From the IMG/VR virus record IMGVR_UViG_3300047393_000100: a stretch of DNA of 64,000 nucleotides; one strand, written 5' to 3'. The notes beneath the pieces are model-generated. The model was not told the origin of the DNA, did no database searches, and saw only the letters and a list, made by a program, of their open reading frames with translations. This DNA comes from a virus. Taxonomy: Duplodnaviria > Heunggongvirae > Uroviricota > Caudoviricetes. Shown one piece after another: positions 28,542-39,618 of the stretch; position 1 is the stretch's first letter; each line of letters starts with the position of its first letter. The translations under genes and the position numbers were made by a program.

Positions 28542-30362
28542 ATGGCAGAATTAAAATTTTTATCAACCGCTAGAATAAAGGCTAGTGAAATGTTAGCAGA
28601 CACTAGGACATATATCAGTAGATTATATGGAGTAGGTGGAGAATTATTTACAAGGGCTTCTCCATTTTCACAAATACTAGAAGTATTAACAGAGCTTTCT
28701 AATTTAATATTCTTTTATATAGAGGATGCAACCGTTGAACAAAACATATTAACCGCACAGAATAATGAATCAATATATGGTCTTGCTAGATTAGCCGGAC
28801 ATGATGCATATAGAGGAAGTTCTGCGATTGGAGAAATAAAAATAAGATTGAATACTAGTGCATTTAATGATATCGCAGGAGATGCTATTAATATTCCAGC
28901 AAATACAATAATTAAGGCTAATAAAAATAACTTATATTATTTATTAAAAACAAGTAATGATCAGTTTAGAATTGAAAAAAGTAATCCTGAATATTTGTAT
29001 ATTCCAATAATGCAGGGTAAAATAGAAAATCAAACTATAACTGGAACTGGTGAAAAACTGCAATCATTTAATCTTATTATTAAAAAGAATACTGACCACC
29101 ATTCTATTAAACTGAGTGTGAATAGTGAGCCATGGAGCAAATACGATTCTTTATATGATATGAAGTATGGCACTAAAGGGTATATTGTAAAAACAGGTAT
29201 TACTGGTGGTTTAGATATTTATTTTGGAAATGGATCATTTGGAATGATTCCAGTTGAAGGAGCTACCATTGATGTAGAATATATGATAACGGATGGGAGC
29301 AAAGGTAATTTGACAGGTTCTAAAGATCTTAATTTTACATTTGAAACCGAAGGATACGATTCTTTAGGAAACTCGTATAATTTAAATAAATTACTAGAAT
29401 CTTCATTTACAACAGCACCGGTAATGGGAACAGATCCAGAATCGATTGAACTTACAAAATTAATAGCACCGATGCAAAGTCACTCATTTGTCTTGGCAAC
29501 TCCTGAACACTATGAGGCCTTTCTTTCGAGATACGGTATGTTTTCATATTTAGATGCATATAACACAACAGATGATGGATATATTGACGATGACAATGTA
29601 ATATATTTATTTATGTTACCTGATACTGCGAAAAAACTTTCAAAAAATAATGATTATTTTAATCTTAATAGAGAAGAATTTTTCTTTTCTGAAGATGAAA
29701 TAAATGGAATACTATCTAATATAGAAAAATCAGGACAACAAATGGTTACAACTGAGGTAAAAGTGGTTGATCCTAAGGTTCAATTTTTTAGAATGGATAT
29801 TAAAGTTAGATATTTTGAAGGATATGATAAAACAAATTTATATACTGCAATTCGTTCTAAAATTTCAAACTATTTAATTAATATAACAAGAAGAGACCGT
29901 TTGCCAAAGTCTGATATTATTGCACTGTTGGAAGGTGTTGATGGAATAGATTCAGTAAATGTTAGATTTGTTTCAGAGGCTGAGGAAACTGCTAGACGAA
30001 ATGGATATTATACAAGCGAAACAGTTACTGTTACACCGAGTACTCCAATACTTGAAGATATTGGTAATGGAAAATCTAAATATGTTTTCTTTAAGAGAAC
30101 AGTTACAAAAACAAATATTAATTTTGAAGCAGGAGCCGCTCTTCCAGAGAATGTAATTAACTTAGATTCATTTGGAGATATTCTTTTAGATAAAGAAGAA
30201 GTTGCATTATTTAGAGGTGGATGGCAAGACAGAGAAGGGATAACAGTATTAGATGATGCAAAGATGGGAGAAATGGCAGCACTTTCAATTTATTTTGATG
30301 AACCTGCAGTCCCAAATACAATATTCAGTAGAGTACAATCGCAAAATAGAAAAGCATTATAA
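28542..30362 (+). CDS. Baseplate wedge subunit gp6-like
   Basis: LTAQ..ESIYGLA..AG, YFGNG.FG.IP..GA.I.VEY..TDG..GN, G.DPESIE...A and LEGVDGIDSVNV. Confidence 0.88.
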   Translation: MAELKFLSTARIKASEMLADTRTYISRLYGVGGELFTRASPFSQILEVLTELSNLIFFYIEDATVEQNILTAQNNESIYGLARLAGHDAYRGSSAIGEIKIRLNTSAFNDIAGDAINIPANTIIKANKNNLYYLLKTSNDQFRIEKSNPEYLYIPIMQGKIENQTITGTGEKLQSFNLIIKKNTDHHSIKLSVNSEPWSKYDSLYDMKYGTKGYIVKTGITGGLDIYFGNGSFGMIPVEGATIDVEYMITDGSKGNLTGSKDLNFTFETEGYDSLGNSYNLNKLLESSFTTAPVMGTDPESIELTKLIAPMQSHSFVLATPEHYEAFLSRYGMFSYLDAYNTTDDGYIDDDNVIYLFMLPDTAKKLSKNNDYFNLNREEFFFSEDEINGILSNIEKSGQQMVTTEVKVVDPKVQFFRMDIKVRYFEGYDKTNLYTAIRSKISNYLINITRRDRLPKSDIIALLEGVDGIDSVNVRFVSEAEETARRNGYYTSETVTVTPSTPILEDIGNGKSKYVFFKRTVTKTNINFEAGAALPENVINLDSFGDILLDKEEVALFRGGWQDREGITVLDDAKMGEMAALSIYFDEPAVPNTIFSRVQSQNRKAL

Positions 30363-30631
30363 TGGACTTATTAAGTAATTTATTTAAAGTTCGTAAAGTT
30401 AAATTATACGATACTAGATTATCCGCAATGGATGATAGGAAAAATGTTGGAAATAATTACAGAAATAATATTTTAATTAATTCAATTTCGCAATATATTC
30501 AGAGAAATGATGCAGTAAATGACTTTATAATTATGATTCAGCATGTTATTGCAGATTTAGTAGATTCAGTTACATATTTAAAATCATATAAGTCCTTTAC
30601 CCTTAAAAAGGGAGACAAAAAAGTTAAATAA
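30362..30631 (+). CDS. Small baseplate-cluster protein
   Basis: Coupled between gp6 and the next structural gene. Confidence 0.65.
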   Translation: MDLLSNLFKVRKVKLYDTRLSAMDDRKNVGNNYRNNILINSISQYIQRNDAVNDFIIMIQHVIADLVDSVTYLKSYKSFTLKKGDKKVK

Positions 30632-30633
30632 TA

Positions 30634-33396
30634 ATGGCATATAATAAATTAAGATTCTTTGATAGTGAATCAAATGACCTAAACCTTCTATATAATTCAG
30701 ACACGAATATATGGGAAGGTGTTTGTTATTTACCAAAGGTTTCAACCGGTCTTTATGAAACTCTTACTATTTATATATTAGAGGAAGTTCAAGGGGAGTT
30801 GGGAAATACCAAATACATTACACCAATTGCAGAAAATGCAAATCCTACTTCATTTAAATTTAAATTCTTTAATGGATATGAATTTAGTGAAGATATTTTC
30901 ATGTATGGCGCTGAAAATATAGGTGGTAATTTAGAGATTAAAAAAATCGAAGAACAAACCTTTGATTTATTAGATGCAACCTTAAGTATAGGAATAAATT
31001 CAGATGGATTTAAAATAATTGGAGGAAACCTTCCATTATCTCCGATGAAATGTAATATTGCTCTTATGAGTAATATTGACAACTATCATACTAGACTTCT
31101 TGATATTACTGAAATTACAGATGGAGTTGAAACTCTAGTGGCAACCATCAGAATTTACGGAGAAACTGAAGAAGAAGATGAAAGACTTGCAGTCCTATTA
31201 TCAAATATAGGAATGACTCTTACTCCAGAAGATTATATGATACTTAAAGATGCAGACATTAAGGAGTTATCTCCTGACTGGCTGTTAATGAATCAAAAGC
31301 GTAAAGAATTACTTTTACAGGCAAGCACTATTAAACCGTTTGTAGGAACGTATAAGGCTCTATTAAATGCAATAGATTTTTTCGGTTATGACAAAATAAC
31401 TCTTAAAGAATATTGGTTAAATATCAATGAACAGTCTGAAAATTTTGGAAAATTAAAGGCAGTTGCTATTCCAAATCAAGAGGTTACTGGATTTTTAGCA
31501 GATAAAAATAAAGGACACGAACTTCCAAGTTCAAATCTTAAAAAGACAAGTAGGTTTTCATTAGTTTATAGATTAAATGAGGCAGATGGCGGTGTAGACG
31601 AATGGGATATCCCAACTGTTAAAGAGTCTATTGATTATTCCCCTGATGAAGTATTGATTAAATTGTACGGATTAAAAAATAAACTACAAAAGAATTTTTT
31701 ACCATTACAGGCTAAAATTGTAGATATCACGGGAGAAGGCGATTACTTTTCTCAATTTAATTTAAATGTATGGAATAATCAACATTCAATAAAGGTGCAA
31801 AATGCAGGAGTTGATGTTACATTCCACAGAATACCTGAGAAAAGACAGGTATTTATTGAAGATCTTAGAAAGGTAGATTATAGGCTTACTGGAATTAATC
31901 AAGATTTTAATGTATTAACAGATTCTGACAGAGAAGAAATTACGCAATCAATTATAAATTTTTATAATGGGTATTATAATGATGATCTATCGTCCTTTAA
32001 TACGCTACAGGGTATACCTGTAGGTTGTCCTATTGTATTAAGTGCAGATTCATTTATACATATGTGGGATTCAGCTGAATTCACGTGGATGGATGCAAAC
32101 GATACAGGTAATCATTTATTGACATGGAACAATTGGTGGAAACAAGGAGTCTATGAAATGGAATGGATAGTAAAGGGACCTAATAATTATTTAAAAACAT
32201 TTAGAGGTGGTGTAGGTTATTGGGATAACACTGGAATATTTCATCCGGAGTATCAGCAATTTCCATTAGTATTGCCATTTGATGGAATGTACTCGGTAGA
32301 ACTTGCAATATTTGATTTATATAATGTAAGAAGTTCATGGAGAGAAGAGAATTATTTTGAAGTAAAAAATAAAAATGTTGAAGTATATGGATTATTTCAA
32401 CGTATGCTTCCTAAATTAAATTGGAACCAATATAAATATGATTGGCAAGATACTGGAAGCGACTGGGATTGGGCTAGAGAAAATACCGCGAATTTAGATA
32501 GTATAATTGCAACATATTATTTAACATTAGATAGAGCAAATTATGTACACGACGGTGATGATGGAGAGGAATTCTCAACAGTTAGAAGATATTTAGATAG
32601 TAGTACACCTACTGGATTTAATGAAACTCCAGGTCCATATCAATGGAAAGAATTAAGAACCCAGGAATGGAATGACGGTGCAGAAGTTAATTGGGATATG
32701 ATGAGAGTAGGCGCTGATATTACGTCTTCATTTAAATTTGATATTAGACAATCAGGAGGGTATACTAATGGATATGAATTTTTTATAAAACAGGTAGATC
32801 CTGGGACTAATATTGAAATAATAGATTCATATAAAATAATATCAACATATCCTACTGATAAAAATGATTTAGTAGCATGGAGTAATGTCGCAAATGAACT
32901 ATCATCCTTAGATCCAACTGAACATCCTATTTTAACTAGATTTAATTATAATGCGATATTAAAGGATAATGGTGGAGATGGAATTGAAGATGAATGCACC
33001 TATATTTTGGTAGTTGGTGAAGAACCTTCTAGAACAAACGATTTTGAAATTGCAGGATTTTTAAATCCTACTGGCGGAATTATAGTGCCCGGATCTGAAG
33101 TTCACTTTACAAGTTACAATCCGGATTTTAATGATATATGTATAATTGATACACATATGGAAGTGAATAGATTAAACCATGTTACATTTTCATATGATAT
33201 TACAAATATGCCAGGTATTATTTCGCAAAAATGGACGTTAAAAAACAATAGTGAAAATGTTAATGATATATATTATAGTAATACGTGGCTAACATACTTA
33301 TTCAAGTATAAGGGTGATTACACTATAGAGCTTGAATTAACAGATGTTAACGGAAATAAAAACAAAATAAATAAAAATATATTAAAAATCATTTAA
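30634..33396 (+). CDS. Large baseplate protein (gp7-like wedge; PKD-like C-terminus)
   Basis: KP.VGTYKAL.NAI.FFGY...LKEYW motif; G.Y.V.L...D..GN PKD-like segments. Confidence 0.6.
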   Translation: MAYNKLRFFDSESNDLNLLYNSDTNIWEGVCYLPKVSTGLYETLTIYILEEVQGELGNTKYITPIAENANPTSFKFKFFNGYEFSEDIFMYGAENIGGNLEIKKIEEQTFDLLDATLSIGINSDGFKIIGGNLPLSPMKCNIALMSNIDNYHTRLLDITEITDGVETLVATIRIYGETEEEDERLAVLLSNIGMTLTPEDYMILKDADIKELSPDWLLMNQKRKELLLQASTIKPFVGTYKALLNAIDFFGYDKITLKEYWLNINEQSENFGKLKAVAIPNQEVTGFLADKNKGHELPSSNLKKTSRFSLVYRLNEADGGVDEWDIPTVKESIDYSPDEVLIKLYGLKNKLQKNFLPLQAKIVDITGEGDYFSQFNLNVWNNQHSIKVQNAGVDVTFHRIPEKRQVFIEDLRKVDYRLTGINQDFNVLTDSDREEITQSIINFYNGYYNDDLSSFNTLQGIPVGCPIVLSADSFIHMWDSAEFTWMDANDTGNHLLTWNNWWKQGVYEMEWIVKGPNNYLKTFRGGVGYWDNTGIFHPEYQQFPLVLPFDGMYSVELAIFDLYNVRSSWREENYFEVKNKNVEVYGLFQRMLPKLNWNQYKYDWQDTGSDWDWARENTANLDSIIATYYLTLDRANYVHDGDDGEEFSTVRRYLDSSTPTGFNETPGPYQWKELRTQEWNDGAEVNWDMMRVGADITSSFKFDIRQSGGYTNGYEFFIKQVDPGTNIEIIDSYKIISTYPTDKNDLVAWSNVANELSSLDPTEHPILTRFNYNAILKDNGGDGIEDECTYILVVGEEPSRTNDFEIAGFLNPTGGIIVPGSEVHFTSYNPDFNDICIIDTHMEVNRLNHVTFSYDITNMPGIISQKWTLKNNSENVNDIYYSNTWLTYLFKYKGDYTIELELTDVNGNKNKINKNILKII

Positions 33397-33397
33397 A

Positions 33398-33961
33398 ATG
33401 GCAAGTATAACAACTATCTTAGGAACCGACAGTGTTTCCTCATCAAGAATTGTAATTAACAATAATTTTAGTGCATTAAATACCCAACTTGGTAACTTTG
33501 CATCAGTGTTAAATACAACAAATCAAACATTATCATTAACTGGCGAGATTAAGGGAGGTACCCTTAGAACAAACAATGGTACAATAGACACGTTGGTTGT
33601 TTCTTCAACTGATATTACGGCAAACGTTGCATCTATTTTCAATGCAAAGGTAACTTTACAAAATGCATTAATTTTGAATATAGAAACTGGGATTACTACT
33701 ATTCCAACAGCTGGATATCTAGCATCTACATATATTTTGGGTGCATTTAGTTCTCCAATTGTACTTCCAAATGCGGAAGATGGCCAATTAATCACATTAA
33801 TTGCGGGAAATGGAGTAATAAATTTAAATGTTAGTAAACTTCAAGGTCCTACTGTTGTTACAATTAAGGCATCAGGATCTATTACATTGATGTATTCTAG
33901 TATAATTTCAAAATTCTATGTAGTTTCAGCAATTAACGCAACAGTAACATATCCTACATAA
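33398..33961 (+). CDS. Short fibre/baseplate-attached structural protein
   Basis: TILGTDSVSSSRIVINNNFSAL N-terminal anchor, similar to the 44029 and 45428 proteins. Confidence 0.55.
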   Translation: MASITTILGTDSVSSSRIVINNNFSALNTQLGNFASVLNTTNQTLSLTGEIKGGTLRTNNGTIDTLVVSSTDITANVASIFNAKVTLQNALILNIETGITTIPTAGYLASTYILGAFSSPIVLPNAEDGQLITLIAGNGVINLNVSKLQGPTVVTIKASGSITLMYSSIISKFYVVSAINATVTYPT

Positions 33962-33981
33962 TAAATATAAACATACATTAA

Positions 33982-35913
33982 ATGGCAACACCATTAATAA
34001 GAATACCTCAAGAACAAGGAGGAACTATGTATGCATTTTCAGGTGCAGCTAGGGACTTAACGAGAGCATACTATAATCCAGATATTAATTTTGAATATTC
34101 TAAATTTGCGCTCGTTGATATTCCGGTAGTTGCTGCTCCTTCAAATGGTGAAAATTACATCCAATTCGAAAATTTATTCGAAGGGGGAGCTTCACCCGCA
34201 TCATCATATATTCCAAATGCCGATGCAAACGTTAGTTTTGCAGAAACGTTGCAAAACTACGCACTGAATTTTGAAAACTTCATTTTGACTGATGACGATT
34301 TTGATCCTTCAATATATGCGTCGGATGCTGAGAAAGTTTTCTTTAAATGGTTACATCACTTAGGTGCATTTGAAGTTAAACCTGCAACCACACAGGAGGC
34401 CATTTCTGGATATTCTAGAGTGACTGAGAATGAAGATACCACCGATACTGGTAATAATTATAATAGAGTTGTAAAGTACCTTGGAAACATTGATGTATCT
34501 AATGACAAGAATTATCAAGGAAATACTTACAATGAAATATTTGTAAATGTTCCATCATATGCTGGATATAGTCCAGACATTTTATTTAAATCTTCAAATT
34601 ATAATACAACTGCCTCAAATTATTTACCAGGATCAGAGATAAATGGAAGAGGTGGTCAATCACATCCGGATATTAATCTAACGTTAGACTCTCTTGCTGA
34701 CAATGTTGATGGTACTATAGACTTGGATCCAGGAACTTCGTATAATTATGGAATTGAATGGAACTCATCCATATATGCTAAAATAGTAAATGATCCTACA
34801 TTAAATAATTTTGGAGATTATTCTAAAAGAGGTGGAGATTTTAGATTTAATGCAATTTTAGTTTACTATGATTTATATTCTAAATCGAATGTAGTAAATA
34901 GATCAACAAATCTATATGGTATAATCCTTTTAGATAATTTTAAAAATGATCCTAATTCAACTGGATGGTATATTCCAGAATTGACAAAATATAAACCAAA
35001 CGATGTTACTGGATTAAATGGTAATGCGTTTGCATTAAAGCTTAATGTTAAATTTAATTCCTCATTGGATAATGTAGGAGTTGAGTCTAATATTAATGAC
35101 TTTACCACATTTTCAATGGACATTTTCTTAGACACAACCACTGCTTTAGAAAATGCTGCGAAATTAATGGTTGAAGCTAATAATAGATATGCAAGTATCG
35201 TTGATAGATTAGCAACCGTTGAAGATTTATTAATGACATCGGGCGAAGCGGCTGATCTATCGGTTAGGGTGAGTGCACTAGAGAAATCCCTAGAGGATGC
35301 CACTCTTAATTATGCTAATTCTACATCTATTTTAGATATGATTACCTCAGTTAACTCTAGATTAAACCAAGTAATCAATGGACAGATACCAACAGAAGTA
35401 CAATACAATACTGATGTTTTATCAGGTGGTGATGGAATGACAATAGATAAATCAACACAGTCTTCTATAAAATTAGTAAACACTAATTATGGATATACAT
35501 TGAATGATATCTTTGAATATGATTTTATTTCTGCGATTACTGGAAATTTAATTGGATCTTCTAATTTATTCAATATGACATTAACTGCATCTAAAGGCCT
35601 TATTACAAGAGTAAGACCTTATGAAAACTTAATAAGAATTCATACCAATACTGGAGTGTTATCAGGAGATTTGAATATATACCTAGATGATAGTATTAAT
35701 AATTGGAAAAAAGGACAAATAATTAAGTTCTCTTTTAAAAATTTACTACCATCACTGGGAACTAATAAAATTAACATATACACTGATAAACAAAATGGAT
35801 GGTTATTAAAGGCAACATTAGATACATCAAATCTATTAAGCCTAAAACCATATATTGAATTAATATGTGTAGACCAAACAAACAAAACGTTTGAACTTGA
35901 AATTATAAGATAA
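33982..35913 (+). CDS. Virion structural protein
   Basis: Structural cluster; FNAILVYYD...NLYGI.L motif; central coiled coil. Confidence 0.55.
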   Translation: MATPLIRIPQEQGGTMYAFSGAARDLTRAYYNPDINFEYSKFALVDIPVVAAPSNGENYIQFENLFEGGASPASSYIPNADANVSFAETLQNYALNFENFILTDDDFDPSIYASDAEKVFFKWLHHLGAFEVKPATTQEAISGYSRVTENEDTTDTGNNYNRVVKYLGNIDVSNDKNYQGNTYNEIFVNVPSYAGYSPDILFKSSNYNTTASNYLPGSEINGRGGQSHPDINLTLDSLADNVDGTIDLDPGTSYNYGIEWNSSIYAKIVNDPTLNNFGDYSKRGGDFRFNAILVYYDLYSKSNVVNRSTNLYGIILLDNFKNDPNSTGWYIPELTKYKPNDVTGLNGNAFALKLNVKFNSSLDNVGVESNINDFTTFSMDIFLDTTTALENAAKLMVEANNRYASIVDRLATVEDLLMTSGEAADLSVRVSALEKSLEDATLNYANSTSILDMITSVNSRLNQVINGQIPTEVQYNTDVLSGGDGMTIDKSTQSSIKLVNTNYGYTLNDIFEYDFISAITGNLIGSSNLFNMTLTASKGLITRVRPYENLIRIHTNTGVLSGDLNIYLDDSINNWKKGQIIKFSFKNLLPSLGTNKINIYTDKQNGWLLKATLDTSNLLSLKPYIELICVDQTNKTFELEIIR

Positions 35914-35914
35914 T

Positions 35915-38900
35915 ATGAGCACTAGCAATTCAATATCACAATTACTTGAACAGTTTTTGGAGTTAAACACTAACTCATTAGAAACTTTTAATAGAATTAA
36001 TGAAGCAATAACCACCAATAAAGAAACGGTGGTTATTGATCTTTATAATAGCAAGACAGGGTCCATGGAGACCATTCAAATTCCAGCGTTTGGATATTTG
36101 AAAAGAGAAATTGAAAGATTAAATAATAATATTAATTCAATCAGTGGTCTTGAAGGATCTGATGCAAACGTAAGATTAAAGGATGGTTCATATAGAACTA
36201 TCCATACTGCAAGATTAAAAGGTCCATCTAAGGATATTACATCACTTGCAACTCCAACAACGTTCACTACTAAATTAAATGAATTTTTCGAGGATTTTCT
36301 TAATCCATTACTAACAATAAACCTTGATGTCACTGGTCAAATTCCAGTTGAAACAGAAAAGGTTTATGTTGAAAGATTTATTTTTGATTACGAAGATGCT
36401 GCAACTAGTACTGCATTTGATGAAATTTATAAAGGTGGAAGTGAAATTGACTATATCACATTTAAAACTGCAATACTTGATAATGCATATAAATATTATG
36501 TTGACGCTGAGGTTTTAGATATGCCGATGCGATTAATACAATATAGTGGAGCCTTTGACGTTACTAAAATAGATAATGCTGAAAAGAATTATATTATTGA
36601 TGGGGTATCTCAGACTAAAACCATAAAATTATATACGGTTAATAAATTAACATATACTGATTCAGCAAAAGCGCTTAAAGATACGGAAACATTAAAGGTT
36701 AGCGATTCACTAATTATTAATTCTGGTAATTATAGAACACGATACCAAATCGTTTCTATAGATAATTCAACTTCACAATTAGAACTTTTATTATTAGAAG
36801 GTTCAGAGGTTGTAAAACTTGGTGCAAATCAACTTGGAATCTATAAAGACGTAGATACCAATTTAGATATTGAAGTTAAAGTTGGATATAATGAAAGACA
36901 AGTTGTCTTTGTAAAACCAATCGATCCTAACTCTAAAATCCCAGCGGAGAACTTTTCGCCTGGGATTGCATTTTATTCAAATGAATTAGAGATTACAGAT
37001 ACAACTGGAGTCTCTATGACATTAGCACAATATTATAGAGATCAAGTTTCTGACTTTGGACAATTTATTAAATCACTAAAGGTAGATTATATTCCACCTA
37101 GTTCAGTTGGAATTGTACCAGATTCACCTACGATTGATGCAACAAATTTTAAAGTTGTTCAAATTAATAAACACCTTACTGATAATACAAACACAGATAA
37201 GATTAAACAACTAAAATCTGACAAGATTGCAACAGAACAATCTTTAAAGAAATTAGATGAATCTATTAAACAAAAAAAATCTTTAGTAAATACTAAGAAG
37301 TTTTCTTCAAGTGCAGAAAAGGATACGCATATTAATGAGCTTAGTTCATTAATATCACAGAGAGAATCTGAATCAAAATTATTCTCATCTATTGTAACTG
37401 AGATTAAATCGTCAGCAGAGTCTGCAGATTTACAGACAGTTGCTCCAAAATTTAGAGTTAGAGGATTTTGGTCTATTCCAGAACCAAAGAAAATAGGTAA
37501 TGAAGTTTCACAAGAAGTTGTTCAATTTAAAATTAGATATAGATATGTTTCTACTTCTGGTAAAACTGCTTCTGTTGACCAAATTAAATTTACAGATTCA
37601 ACAAATCAAACTGAAAAAACAGCAGCGTTTTCGAACTGGACTGAAGTATTAGGACCTGTTAGAAAAAGACAGATGAATACTGAAGGAAAATATGTATGGA
37701 TTATAGAAGGAGAAGAAGATGCGGATGCAGTTAACTTTAATTCATTTGATCTTCCTATAGTTCCTGGTGAAATCGTTGAATTTATGGTTAAGTCTATTTC
37801 TGAGGCAGGATTTCCAGCAAATCCAGTTGAGTCAGTATGGTCAGATATTAATAAAATAGAATTTCCAGTTGCTGAGATTAATACTGATGTATTAAGTGAT
37901 ACAATAAAGTCAAATGAAATGGATGCGTTAAAGGTATCTATTAAGGCAGATTTAGAATCGGCGGGTGTTTATAAACATGTTGAAGATTCATTTACCACAG
38001 GTGATACCACGTATTCCCACAACGCTAATTCAATTGCTTCTGGGTTTTTAACAGACCAACAAGCTCCTATTTCAGTTTATGAAAAGTTATTAGCTCTTCA
38101 AAATGAAGTATTGAGTTTACGTGCCGTTATTGAAAAAACTACTGGAGAATTATTAGTAAAAATTATTGATGAAGATGGTAACGTAACACCAGTAACTAAT
38201 AATACAACAGTTCAATTATTTGCAGGATATTATGTTAATGAGATTCCTACAACAAATGGTAAAGGTGCTATCGTTACTAAAAACTTTAAGATAGAATTAT
38301 CAAATACTAAAGCATCTGATCTTGAACTAATAAGCAGAATAGTGGGTGATATTACGCAACCTGCTCCAATTTCTACAACTAATACCAGGTTTGGTATTGG
38401 AACTGGAACACCAGATCCTGTGTATAACAGTGATTATTACAGACAAGAAGCTAGATATGACTTAGTTCCTATTGTTTATCAAAACATCACAGGAGCTACT
38501 GACGCTACCTATTTTAATAATGGACCAGATCAGTCAATTCAATTAAAGGGACAATTCATTTATTCAAGATTTAGAAATATTGCAAACGATGATAATTTAT
38601 ATGTTATAACAGAGGGAACTAATGGAGATATTGACCCTAATTCAGGATATGGGTATGACTCATATGAATATGGACTTAAATTCAATTATACTACAAATCC
38701 TATAATTTCAGGAGCTGGAATTTCAAATTTTGATAACGCCGTTATAACTAATTGGACTTCTGACAACGGTTCTACTGATTTTATATGGTCAGGTTCTTTT
38801 TCAGGAACTACCCCTCAAAGGACAGCAGTATCTACTGTTACTAATTCAAATTATGATGCTGGAATATTTATGCATTCTTCACATCCATTATTGCAAAATG

Positions 38901-39553
38901 GTGCTAAAACTCCATTAGAAATCATTAGTTATGGAATGGTAGGTATGCCAAAAACCGCGCCTAGAAGATCTACTGATATTCATGGAATTAAACAAACTCC
39001 ACTTAGAATAATAAATACTATAACGAATAATGGTACAGTTGGTCCTAGATCTACTATTAAAAATGGATTTGCGCCAGAAGATCAATATTTACTAGGAGGA
39101 AGATCATGTGGATCTTTCTTATATATGTCTCCTCTTAATATAAATTCATTAGTAGTTTCATCTTCTAATAAAAATGGAAAGAAAATAATTCCAGGTGGAT
39201 CTGCAAATGCAATCACAGTTGATTTAATATTTCAATATAGAATGACAGATTATTATGGAGTTGGAGATACTGGAACGGGTAGAGTTGGTGGTGTACTTGC
39301 AAATACTCTTACTAATTTAACGTATTCCAAGAAAATAGGTATTGATATTTTAGATTTTTCAAATATGGATTTTCAATTTGATATTGAAGTTTACTCAAAA
39401 TATACAACGCAAGGTAAGAACATAAATAATATTACCAGTTCTATGTTAACTAATTATAATACTAATGTAATCGGTGGTACCTCTGGGGGTAGAAGAAAAT
39501 ACCTAAGTGATAATACTATAAACTATTCATTCCCTGAGATAACACAATGGTAG
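35915..39553 (+). CDS. Large virion structural protein (coiled coil plus Fn3-like segment)
   Basis: 1212 aa, beta-rich; FRVRGFW...QFKIRYRY...SISEAG.P.NP.ES.WS. Confidence 0.55.
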   Translation: MSTSNSISQLLEQFLELNTNSLETFNRINEAITTNKETVVIDLYNSKTGSMETIQIPAFGYLKREIERLNNNINSISGLEGSDANVRLKDGSYRTIHTARLKGPSKDITSLATPTTFTTKLNEFFEDFLNPLLTINLDVTGQIPVETEKVYVERFIFDYEDAATSTAFDEIYKGGSEIDYITFKTAILDNAYKYYVDAEVLDMPMRLIQYSGAFDVTKIDNAEKNYIIDGVSQTKTIKLYTVNKLTYTDSAKALKDTETLKVSDSLIINSGNYRTRYQIVSIDNSTSQLELLLLEGSEVVKLGANQLGIYKDVDTNLDIEVKVGYNERQVVFVKPIDPNSKIPAENFSPGIAFYSNELEITDTTGVSMTLAQYYRDQVSDFGQFIKSLKVDYIPPSSVGIVPDSPTIDATNFKVVQINKHLTDNTNTDKIKQLKSDKIATEQSLKKLDESIKQKKSLVNTKKFSSSAEKDTHINELSSLISQRESESKLFSSIVTEIKSSAESADLQTVAPKFRVRGFWSIPEPKKIGNEVSQEVVQFKIRYRYVSTSGKTASVDQIKFTDSTNQTEKTAAFSNWTEVLGPVRKRQMNTEGKYVWIIEGEEDADAVNFNSFDLPIVPGEIVEFMVKSISEAGFPANPVESVWSDINKIEFPVAEINTDVLSDTIKSNEMDALKVSIKADLESAGVYKHVEDSFTTGDTTYSHNANSIASGFLTDQQAPISVYEKLLALQNEVLSLRAVIEKTTGELLVKIIDEDGNVTPVTNNTTVQLFAGYYVNEIPTTNGKGAIVTKNFKIELSNTKASDLELISRIVGDITQPAPISTTNTRFGIGTGTPDPVYNSDYYRQEARYDLVPIVYQNITGATDATYFNNGPDQSIQLKGQFIYSRFRNIANDDNLYVITEGTNGDIDPNSGYGYDSYEYGLKFNYTTNPIISGAGISNFDNAVITNWTSDNGSTDFIWSGSFSGTTPQRTAVSTVTNSNYDAGIFMHSSHPLLQNGAKTPLEIISYGMVGMPKTAPRRSTDIHGIKQTPLRIINTITNNGTVGPRSTIKNGFAPEDQYLLGGRSCGSFLYMSPLNINSLVVSSSNKNGKKIIPGGSANAITVDLIFQYRMTDYYGVGDTGTGRVGGVLANTLTNLTYSKKIGIDILDFSNMDFQFDIEVYSKYTTQGKNINNITSSMLTNYNTNVIGGTSGGRRKYLSDNTINYSFPEITQW

Positions 39554-39557
39554 GACG

Positions 39558-39604
39558 TTGTTTAGATTAGTCCCAACTATACAAGGGATATATAATCTAA
39601 ACAA
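39558..39604 (+). promoter_or_regulatory. Intergenic inverted repeat enclosing a late-type promoter
   Basis: TTGTTTAGATTA / TAATCTAAACAA plus TCCC/GGGA; GATATATAA at 39587. Confidence 0.5.
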
Positions 39605-39618
39605 AAAGAGTCTTATAC

